From contig DHQH01000064.1 of NCBI GenBank assembly GCA_002410125.1, positions 1-33,251 of the forward strand: 33,251 bases of DNA, read 5' to 3'. Under the pieces are notes generated by a model, which made no database searches, was not told the origin of the DNA, and worked only from the letters and a program-made list of their open reading frames with translations. The stretch comes from Alphaproteobacteria bacterium UBA5343. Its GTDB lineage: Bacteria > Pseudomonadota > Alphaproteobacteria > RF32 > UBA5343. The position numbers were made by a program, and so were the translations under genes. Positions 17,938 to 25,404 of this stretch are shown one piece after another. Position 1 is the stretch's first letter, and every line of letters begins with the position of its first letter.

Positions 17938-18936
17938 CTATTTCTTATCAATCTTAAATATTGCCTGAATAGATTCTAAAACCTTATCCAAATTTATCGG
18001 TGGTTTATATTCTTTCTTTAATTTAATAATTGATATAAACTGCTTAAGACTCAAATTATTCCAATCCCCAATCGCCTCAATAATCTTAGCCCCAACCACA
18101 AATGGTTGTTGAAACTTATGATAAGGATAAGTTCTCAGCACTGCAGTTGATGAAATCAAAGGAATAAGCAAATCCTTATCTATAAATATTTTGCGATTAG
18201 GCTTTGGCAACTCATTATAAAAATCAACAATATCATAAACGAAATTTTTAGGAAAAGCCAAATCCGATAAATTCGACCCAATAGAAATAAACTCAACATA
18301 AACACTAGACATTCTAGCCACACCAAAATCAATAAAACTAACCTTTTGTGTTTCTATATCGTAAAAGATATTTCTAGGTGCAATATCACCATGAATTGGC
18401 ACAATAACATCATCTTTTAAAAAGCTATCAGCCTTTTTCAAAAACTCTTTAAAACTTTTCCAAACTCCAATTTTTTTAATATCTTTCATTATCTTCTTAT
18501 TACCCATCAAAAAAGGTTTTATCCCCTTAGGATATTTCTTCCAAAAAGATGATTTAGACTGATGTAAATCATTTAAAAATAAAGCAATATTTTTAGCTAT
18601 ATCATATTTCTTCACCTTACTCATATTTTCCATCATATCTTTTGTAAGCTCTTTACCTATAGCACACTCTTCTATCGAATAGCCAATCTCTTCATTTATA
18701 CAAAGAATACGAGGAATTAACACATTGGGGTTTTTATTAATTTTATAAGCAAAATCACCTGCAATTTTAGCTCTTTTTTGTAGAATCAACCAAGAATGTT
18801 TAGTCTCTTCATTTATAGCTTTTTTAACTATATATTTCTTACCATCTTCATCATTATTATACATATAAGCATTAGAAAAAATCCCAGCTCCAATCTTTTC
18901 CAAATTATCTATTTCTTTACTGTTAAATTTTCTCAT
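17938..18936 (-). CDS. protein-kinase-like fold phosphotransferase (APH/ePK-like)
   Basis: Gly-rich loop KIGAGIFSNAY, Lys in YIVKKA, catalytic loop IHGDIAPRNIFY and metal-binding IDFGVA. Confidence 0.7.
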   Translation of the reverse strand: MRKFNSKEIDNLEKIGAGIFSNAYMYNNDEDGKKYIVKKAINEETKHSWLILQKRAKIAGDFAYKINKNPNVLIPRILCINEEIGYSIEECAIGKELTKDMMENMSKVKKYDIAKNIALFLNDLHQSKSSFWKKYPKGIKPFLMGNKKIMKDIKKIGVWKSFKEFLKKADSFLKDDVIVPIHGDIAPRNIFYDIETQKVSFIDFGVARMSSVYVEFISIGSNLSDLAFPKNFVYDIVDFYNELPKPNRKIFIDKDLLIPLISSTAVLRTYPYHKFQQPFVVGAKIIEAIGDWNNLSLKQFISIIKLKKEYKPPINLDKVLESIQAIFKIDKK

Positions 18937-18994
18937 TTTTCTATCTCAAAATTAATATCACTTTTTATGATAATACTATTATAATAATACACAA

Positions 18995-19026
18995 CAAAAA
19001 AAGAGAGTGGTACTTTCACCACTCCC
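18995..19026 (-). terminator. rho-independent terminator of the hydG transcript
   Basis: The minus strand reads GAGTGGT-GAAAGT-ACCACTC followed by TCTTTTTTTG. It lies distal to palindromic element B. Confidence 0.7.
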
Positions 19027-19093
19027 TATTTATATTTTAAGAGATTACAGGAGAAAGATAGCAGTCTGTCGATTGCGACTAGTAGCCCCCCTA

Positions 19094-19218
19094 AATCTGA
19101 CAGATTTTGTACCAATAGAAGTAATTTAAGAAATTTTGCGATTGATTTTAGCCTTTACTAAATGACCTGAGCAAAATATTCGAAGAATCACAATTAGTGG
19201 TGCAAAAGATGAAGATTA
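19094..19218. repeat. MITE-like palindromic element, copy B (125 bp)
   Basis: AATCTGACAGATTTTGTACCAATAGAAG ... ACAATTAGTGGTGCAAAAGATGAAGATTA. The hydG stop codon (19216-19218) lies inside the right arm. The central ~55 bp are about 90% identical to copy D. Confidence 0.8.
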
Positions 19219-20679
19219 AAAATAGATGTCCCTCTCACCTTTATTAGAAATCCTTGAAAGAGCCTCTTTCACTTTTACTTTCATATCCCCCTCATCCATT
19301 TTTTCAAATTCTTTCCTGATAAGCTCCATACCAACTTTTTTAGTTTTCTCACTTGCATAATCATTTAGATATTCCGAAAAAGTACACATCGCATTTGGAG
19401 TACAACATTTTTTAATAAAGTTCGACTTAGCCAATCCCATAAAATGATCCCCAGTTCTGCCTAACCTATAACAACCAGTGCAAAATGACGGAATATAATC
19501 AAGTGTTGTAGCTAAATCACAAATCACCTCATCAAGAGGTCTTTCATCCCCAATTGAGAATTGCTGTTCTTGAGGTACATTAGCTTTCATATCAACATAT
19601 CCTCCTGGATAAGTCCTAGATGCTGCCGAAATTTGCGAGATTCCAAGTTCCAAAAGTTCTCTTCTAAATTCTGTATTTTCTCTAGTTGATAAAATCAACC
19701 CAGTATAAGGAACAGCCAATCTTAAAATTGCAATAATTTTTTTAAACTCATAATCACTCATTTGATATGGAGGTTGATATGACATTTCAGAACCAAGTGC
19801 TGGCTCAATCCTTGGGAAAGAAATTGTATGAGGTCCCACTCCAAATTTATCTTCTAATTCTTCCGCATGAGCAAGAAGTCCTAAAACTTCAAACTTATAA
19901 TCAAACAACCCAAACAAAGCTCCCGTTGCCACATCATCAAGCCCTGCTTCTTGTGCTCGATGCAATGCATATAATCTCCATTTGTAATTAGTTTTATTAC
20001 CACTTATATGCATCTTATTATAAGTCTCTGTATGATAAGTTTCTTGAAAACATTGATAAGTTCCAATATTAGCATTTTTAAGAGTTCTAAAACCTTCCAC
20101 ATTCAAAGGAGCACAATTTATATTAACCCTTCTAACCTCTCCTGACGGATTAGTTTTTGTTGCATAAACTTCATCAATAGTATGAGCCAACCATTCAGGA
20201 GAATAATCATACTCACCATAAACAACTAAAACTCTTTTATGTCCCATCCCTTCAATAACACTAACCTCTGCTTTAATTTCTTCATCGGTTAAAGTCTTTC
20301 TAACTAATTCTTTATTTGTTTTTGCAAAAGCACAATAAGCACACACATTTTTACAAACATTAGAGATATAAAGCGGAGCAAATAACACCATACGATTACC
20401 ATAAATTCTTTGCTTAACTTCTTTAGCTAGTGCAAAAATTTCTTCATCTAAAGCTTTATCTTTATTTTGTAATAACACAGCTGTTTCATATTGAGAAAGT
20501 CCCTTATTATCAATATCTCTAGCCTTATCTAAAATATCTTTTACTTCTTGTTTATCTGCTTTTTTTGCCTTCTCTAAAATATTAAAAATATTTTCTTCAT
20601 CAATAAAATTAGGCAACTCATCAGCTTTAGCAATTTCTTTTTTTAATTGCTTTGCATATTCTTTTGAAATCATTTTCAT
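19216..20679 (-). CDS. hydG: [FeFe]-hydrogenase maturase HydG (radical SAM tyrosine lyase)
   Basis: 487 aa. Radical-SAM CKNVCAYC (Cx3Cx2C), GHKRV, GPHTISFPR and a C-terminal SFCTGCYRLGRTGDHF...KKCC (CX2CX22C-type) cluster motif. Confidence 0.88.
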   Translation of the reverse strand: MKMISKEYAKQLKKEIAKADELPNFIDEENIFNILEKAKKADKQEVKDILDKARDIDNKGLSQYETAVLLQNKDKALDEEIFALAKEVKQRIYGNRMVLFAPLYISNVCKNVCAYCAFAKTNKELVRKTLTDEEIKAEVSVIEGMGHKRVLVVYGEYDYSPEWLAHTIDEVYATKTNPSGEVRRVNINCAPLNVEGFRTLKNANIGTYQCFQETYHTETYNKMHISGNKTNYKWRLYALHRAQEAGLDDVATGALFGLFDYKFEVLGLLAHAEELEDKFGVGPHTISFPRIEPALGSEMSYQPPYQMSDYEFKKIIAILRLAVPYTGLILSTRENTEFRRELLELGISQISAASRTYPGGYVDMKANVPQEQQFSIGDERPLDEVICDLATTLDYIPSFCTGCYRLGRTGDHFMGLAKSNFIKKCCTPNAMCTFSEYLNDYASEKTKKVGMELIRKEFEKMDEGDMKVKVKEALSRISNKGERDIYF

Positions 20680-20691
20680 TTGTTCTATCCC

Positions 20692-20931
20692 TTACACTAT
20701 AAGACTTTTAACTTTAATTCCTGACATCTGCCCTAACTTACCAGTTAGCTCACCTATATCATCTGTTGTTGACTCCACAACTACAGAAATAATACTAATG
20801 CCTCTTTCTTTGTAAGGAATACCAAGCCTACCGATAATCTTATCGCCAAACCCTGATAATAATTGATTTACATTGTGTGCTTGTTCTCTATCCATCACAA
20901 TAATCGTGATCGTACAGATTCTTTTTTCCAT
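20692..20931 (-). CDS. TM1266-family iron-only hydrogenase system regulator (small ACT/NikR-C-like)
   Basis: 79 aa. The pattern ICTITIIV.DRE....VN.LL..F...IIGRLGIPYKERGISIISVVV is as I recall for this family. It lies 12 nt upstream of hydG. Confidence 0.75.
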   Translation of the reverse strand: MEKRICTITIIVMDREQAHNVNQLLSGFGDKIIGRLGIPYKERGISIISVVVESTTDDIGELTGKLGQMSGIKVKSLIV

Positions 20932-21062
20932 GATTTTAACTCCAAACTAATTTATAGAATTAAGTCGAAGAGAAAGTAGTTGATAATTTAAGAATATCAA
21001 TTTTAAAAGATATAAAAAATTTCAAACCCTCAAGCTCAGATGAACTCCTTCCCTCAGGCTAT

Positions 21063-21079
21063 GAGTAAAATTTTTACTC
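21063..21079. promoter_or_regulatory. 17-bp perfect palindrome in the divergent hydG-operon/GNAT intergenic region
   Basis: GAGTAAAA-T-TTTTACTC. It is flanked by the direct repeat ccctcaagct (21027-21036) / ccctcaggct (21051-21060). Confidence 0.3.
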
Positions 21080-21151
21080 CTATCAAATTAATTAGTCAAT
21101 AAAGAATAAAAAAAGATTGAGATTAAAAATTTCATCAGTAAAATTAATATT

Positions 21152-21697
21152 ATGAAAATAGAAATCATCAGACCAGAATTAGAACACAGCTTTGATATGG
21201 CTCACATCCATGTGAGAACTTGGCAATTCGCATATCACAATTTACTAGATAAAAAATTCCTCCAAGAATTATCTGTAACCGAACAAGCAGAAAAATGGTC
21301 AAGAAGATTAATCGATGCCGATTCTAGTTTTATAATCTTTGCTGCCACCGTTAAGAAAAAAATCATTGGTTATATTTTTGGAGGCAGACCACAATATAAA
21401 GAAGACAACCGCTATGATTGTGAGATTTATGCTTTTTATGTCCTGCCAGAATATCAAGGACTAGGAGTTGGTAAAAAATTATTCAAAACCTTTACCACTG
21501 AAGCCATAAACCGTGGTTATAAGCATGGTTGTATCTGGTGCTTAGATGGTAACCCTACCGAAGGTTTTTACAAGCATACCAATGGAATTTATAAAAAGTC
21601 TAAAAGAATTCCAATCCCTGCTAACGGCAAAAACAAATACAAAAATAATATGTATATCTATCCCGATTTAAATCTTTTACTAAAAAAACTAAATTAG
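21152..21697 (+). CDS. GNAT-family N-acetyltransferase
   Basis: Acetyl-CoA site YVLPEYQGLGVGKKLF (Q/RxxGxG). Confidence 0.85.
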   Translation: MKIEIIRPELEHSFDMAHIHVRTWQFAYHNLLDKKFLQELSVTEQAEKWSRRLIDADSSFIIFAATVKKKIIGYIFGGRPQYKEDNRYDCEIYAFYVLPEYQGLGVGKKLFKTFTTEAINRGYKHGCIWCLDGNPTEGFYKHTNGIYKKSKRIPIPANGKNKYKNNMYIYPDLNLLLKKLN

Positions 21698-21788
21698 TTT
21701 TGACAAAAATAAAAAACTCTCATAAATTATAGGAATAATCCCCTATAATAAAGAAATTATTCAATTACAAAACATAAAATATTATTCT

Positions 21789-22130
21789 ATGACACATTCA
21801 CAATTTCGAATTCGCACTTTCATTGGTTTCATGGTTATTGCTACTATCGCAGTAATATTTAGTAGAGAACCACAAAAATGTTCAACTACGCTACCTTTAG
21901 AAAAAGTTTCTAAAGAACCTGTTGAAAAAATAGGTTATGTAAAAGGCATCGTCGGTGATACAGCTCTTTACATCGCCTATGACAAACACCGATATGAACC
22001 TGTAGCTATAACATCACTAGCTAAATACAGGTTAAATAAAAAGGATAGTATATCCTTTAGAACGATGAAAAAATTAGCCTTTACCTTAACAGGTATTGAA
22101 GCTAGTAATATAAAAGAAATAAGCCCGTAA
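21789..22130 (+). CDS. hypothetical membrane-anchored protein
   Basis: 113-aa ORF with one N-terminal hydrophobic helix (FIGFMVIATIAVIF). A terminator overlaps its stop. Confidence 0.45.
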   Translation: MTHSQFRIRTFIGFMVIATIAVIFSREPQKCSTTLPLEKVSKEPVEKIGYVKGIVGDTALYIAYDKHRYEPVAITSLAKYRLNKKDSISFRTMKKLAFTLTGIEASNIKEISP

Positions 22131-22151
22131 CTTACGGGCTTTAACTTTTTT
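22121..22151 (+). terminator. rho-independent terminator
   Basis: AAGCCCG-TAACTTA-CGGGCTT followed by taactttttt. Confidence 0.75.
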
Positions 22152-22160
22152 AAATCATCA

Positions 22161-22195
22161 TTTTTTACGATTAATCGTGCAAAAAACGAGGATTA
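22161..22195. repeat. solo right-arm copy (C) of the palindromic element
   Basis: ttttttACGATTAATCGTGCAAAAAACGAGGATTA contains the 12-bp palindrome ACGATTAATCGT. The tyrA stop codon (22193-22195) is inside it. Confidence 0.65.
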
Positions 22196-23068
22196 AACAC
22201 GGTTTTGCTTAGCTTCAATCACCTCATCCCTAACCTTCTTAGTCCTGTTAAAGAGTTCTTCTAATTCCAGAGCATTACCCCACCGAATATTTTTCTGTAA
22301 TGCTATTAAATCTTCTGTAAATCTTTGCAAAAGTTCTAATATCATATCTTTATTGTTCATTGCTATATCTCGCCACATTATAGGGTCAGACCCTGCAAGT
22401 CTGGTCATATCTCGAAAGCCACCAGCCGAATATTTAATAATTTCTTTTTCTTCAAAACCTTCCAAATCATCCACTGTTCCAACTAAAGAATATGATATGA
22501 AATGAGGTAAATGAGAAACCGCCGCCATCACTTTATCATGATGTTCAGGTGTCATTTTAGATATTTTCATCCCTGCTGCCTTCCAAATTTTTGCAATTTT
22601 ATTTAAGTTAGTTTCATCCTTATTAATCGGAGTAAAAATAAACCATCTATTATTAAACATCTCAATAAATCCAGCTTCTGGTCCTGATTTTTCAGACCCT
22701 GCAATTGGATGCCCTGGCACAAATTCTATTCCCTTAGGTAATACTGACAATATATCTTCTATCACAGCTTGCTTTACGGAACCAACATCAGTAATCACCG
22801 CACCCTTTTTAAGAAATGGTGTAATTTCTTTTACAATATTTTTATAGGTACTAACAGGTGTCGCAAGCATTACTAAGTCAGCATCATTAACTACATCAGC
22901 TACATTTTCACTATAGCTATCAACTACTCCTAGTTCTTTTGCTTTTTTCATATAAAAATCATTAGTATCAAAACATGATAATTCTACACATTGCTTATTT
23001 TTTTTGATAACCCGGGCAATTGACGATCCAATCAACCCTATTCCTATAATTGATATTTTATTAAACAT
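22193..23068 (-). CDS. tyrA: prephenate/arogenate dehydrogenase
   Basis: N-terminal Rossmann ISIIGIGLIGSS and the catalytic GHPIAGSEKSG motif. Confidence 0.88.
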   Translation of the reverse strand: MFNKISIIGIGLIGSSIARVIKKNKQCVELSCFDTNDFYMKKAKELGVVDSYSENVADVVNDADLVMLATPVSTYKNIVKEITPFLKKGAVITDVGSVKQAVIEDILSVLPKGIEFVPGHPIAGSEKSGPEAGFIEMFNNRWFIFTPINKDETNLNKIAKIWKAAGMKISKMTPEHHDKVMAAVSHLPHFISYSLVGTVDDLEGFEEKEIIKYSAGGFRDMTRLAGSDPIMWRDIAMNNKDMILELLQRFTEDLIALQKNIRWGNALELEELFNRTKKVRDEVIEAKQNRV

Positions 23069-23213
23069 ATTCTTCTTCTTTATTCTTTGATGATTATATA
23101 TTCTAGAACTTACTCTGCTTTGAAATAGCTTTCAAACTCGCTCTTCGCTTACCTATGACACCTTTAATAAGAGATAGAGTCCATCACTTATAAACTCAGT
23201 CTTCGCTCGTTAT

Positions 23214-23319
23214 ATTAGGTGAGTTTTAGGCGATAAGAAATTTTGCGACTGATTTTAGCAATTACTAAATGACTGGAGCAAAATATTCGCAATCAACGAC
23301 AAAATCACCAATAGAACTA
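23214..23319. repeat. MITE-like palindromic element, copy D (~106 bp)
   Basis: Left arm TTAGGTGAGTTTTAGGCGATAAGAAATTTTGCG. The reverse complement of the right arm is TAGTTCTATTGGTGATTTTGTCGTTGATTGCGAATATTTTGC. The motB stop TAG (23317-23319) is at the outer edge. Confidence 0.75.
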
Positions 23320-23979
23320 GCGAAGAGGTTCGATGTGGATAGTTACACGCCTATTCTTGCGTTGATTCTCTGGAATTGGCTCTCCATAAGCATCTCTATT
23401 TGGAACTTTTGGTGAGATATCTGCAAAACCTACGGCTCTTAACCTAGTTGCTTCGATACCACGAGAAAGTAACACTCTTAGCACTGCTGATGCTCTGGCT
23501 GATGATAACTCCCAATTTGATGGAAACTCTTCGGTTTCTATTGGAATGTCATCGGTATGCCCTTCTACAGCGAATTTGAACATTTTATATCGCTCTACTT
23601 TTAGGGTTGCTGCAATTCTTTTAATCACTGATAGAGATTGAGGGAGTAGTTCTGCTGATGATGGTTCAAAAAGAGTTTCACTTGGAAATTCTAACACGAT
23701 ACCTTGAGAATCTGTACCAAGTGCTATGGTTTCACCCATATCCATTGATTGTACATCTTCTGATAATTCCATTACCATTAATTCCACTGGTCTTTGAACA
23801 TCTTTTTTACCAATACCCTCATTCATACCGGCTTGGATTTGTTCAAATAATGCCACATCAACTTTAGATGCTGATGCAAGTAACACAAAGAAACACATCA
23901 AAAGTGTTACCATATCACCGTAGGTGGCAAGCCAATCTTCGCATTCTTCACATTCTTCTTGTTTTTTTCTTCTAGCCAT
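23317..23979 (-). CDS. motB: flagellar stator protein MotB/PomB family (OmpA-like C-terminus)
   Basis: TM segment with the conserved Asp (ATYGDMVTLLMCFFVLL, PomB-like). OmpA-like VEGHTDD...SNWELSSARA. Confidence 0.85.
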   Translation of the reverse strand: MARRKKQEECEECEDWLATYGDMVTLLMCFFVLLASASKVDVALFEQIQAGMNEGIGKKDVQRPVELMVMELSEDVQSMDMGETIALGTDSQGIVLEFPSETLFEPSSAELLPQSLSVIKRIAATLKVERYKMFKFAVEGHTDDIPIETEEFPSNWELSSARASAVLRVLLSRGIEATRLRAVGFADISPKVPNRDAYGEPIPENQRKNRRVTIHIEPLR

Positions 23980-24002
23980 TTTTATACCTTATCACCTATT
24001 GG

Positions 24003-24806
24003 TTATGGATTTTCAGTCATATCTTTATCAATAGAATATTGATTATCTGTATCTAAGAATGAATTCATTTTATCTTGAATATATCTTGGACTTTTTCTAT
24101 CTGCTAAAAGACCTAACCCCTCAGTAATAAGTAATCTTTTATATTGAGCAAGATCTTCCCTTTGTGATGATTTTGTAGCAAGAGGAATAAAAACTAATCT
24201 TGCAAATCCCACACCATAAAGAGTTGTAATCAGAGCCACCGCCATACCAGGACCAATCGCCGATGGATCCCCCCCCATATTACCAAGCATAATGATAAGA
24301 CCAATTAGAGTACCAATCATACCAAATGCAGGAGAATCACCACCGAGTTTTTTTAGAACATCCGTTTTCTTTTTAACTCTATCTCCAGCCATATCAATAG
24401 TATCAGCTAAAATATCTCTAACTTCTTGCCCTGTATAACCAGTAACCACCAAATCGATACCATAGCCCAAAAACTTATCTTTTTTTGCAACTTCTGCAGA
24501 ATCACCTTCTAAACCTTGAAGACCATTTTTTTGAACAATATAACCCCATCTAACAATTCTACCAACTTCATTTTTCAGAATTGCATTCGCATTACTATCA
24601 TTTGAAAAACATGCAATAGCTTTCTTAAAAGCAGCTATACAATGTTTAGCCTCAGAAGAAATAAATGCAGCAGCAAATGTCCCTCCTAAAACCATGATAA
24701 GACTTGGAATATTGATGAAAACACCAGCTTTATCAGTTGACATTAAGATCGATCCAATAATCAATCCAAAACCACCTAAAAAGCCGACTAAAGTACCAAT
24801 TGACAT
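24003..24806 (-). CDS. motA: flagellar stator protein MotA/PomA family
   Basis: 267 aa with four predicted TM helices. C-terminal GPGMAVALITTLYG...FIPLA motif of MotA/TolQ/ExbB channels. Confidence 0.87.
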   Translation of the reverse strand: MSIGTLVGFLGGFGLIIGSILMSTDKAGVFINIPSLIMVLGGTFAAAFISSEAKHCIAAFKKAIACFSNDSNANAILKNEVGRIVRWGYIVQKNGLQGLEGDSAEVAKKDKFLGYGIDLVVTGYTGQEVRDILADTIDMAGDRVKKKTDVLKKLGGDSPAFGMIGTLIGLIIMLGNMGGDPSAIGPGMAVALITTLYGVGFARLVFIPLATKSSQREDLAQYKRLLITEGLGLLADRKSPRYIQDKMNSFLDTDNQYSIDKDMTENP

Positions 24807-24853
24807 AATTACATATCCTTTAATTTAGTTTTTAATTATTCTTAAATAATAAG

Positions 24854-25216
24854 CTATTTTTTTGTAGGTTTTACAAAAGCAATCTTTGCATGTTCTTCAC
24901 AATAAATATTACCAGCTTGCACTTTCTTTCCACAAAAGTGGAAATCTTCATCTCTTGGATCACCAATTGGCCATCTACAAGTATGAATATTCAAATCCAA
25001 CAAACTAAGCTTATCTGTTTTTTTAACTTCTTCTTTTTTTACTTCTGCTTTTTTAGTTCTTTTAATAGGAGATGGTCTACTTTTTAACTTTAATCTATGC
25101 ACTTTACCTACTACAGAATTTTTAGAAACACCAAGTCTCTTCCCAATTTCACCTGTAGTTAAACCTTCATCCCATAATTTTTTAAGGGTTGCAACTTTTT
25201 CATCTGTCCAAGACAT
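24854..25216 (-). CDS. gcrA: cell-cycle regulator GcrA
   Basis: MSWTDEKVATLKKLWDEGLTTGEIGKRLGVSKNSVVGKVHRL N-terminal domain and a C-terminal CRWPIGDP...FCG...YCEEH. ATG at 25216 is preceded by GGAGGA. The track start at 25243 is rejected. Confidence 0.9.
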   Translation of the reverse strand: MSWTDEKVATLKKLWDEGLTTGEIGKRLGVSKNSVVGKVHRLKLKSRPSPIKRTKKAEVKKEEVKKTDKLSLLDLNIHTCRWPIGDPRDEDFHFCGKKVQAGNIYCEEHAKIAFVKPTKK

Positions 25217-25404
25217 TTCATCCTCCAATACATACTTTAACAAAACTATACATATTTTATAAATCTTATTTTATGCCGAGTCTAGTTAAAAAGATATAAT
25301 AAACACAAAAATACTATTTAAAAAAGCTAAGTTATAGTATAGAAATTATATATCAAGATGCTAAATATTCTATTAACACTATATGTTTTTATAAGGATAA
25401 AAAA

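Noticed and set aside
19216-20679. Alternative call of ThiH (thiamine 2-iminoacetate synthase) for the radical SAM gene
   Set aside because: The protein is 487 aa and has the extra C-terminal Cys cluster motif (CTGC...KKCC) characteristic of HydG. It is also adjacent to a TM1266-family gene. No thi genes are nearby.
23317-24806. MotA/MotB pair as ZorAB of a Zorya anti-phage system
   Set aside because: ZorA proteins are much longer, with a long C-terminal tail. No ZorC/D/E-like genes are adjacent. The sequences look like ordinary PomA/PomB-type stators.
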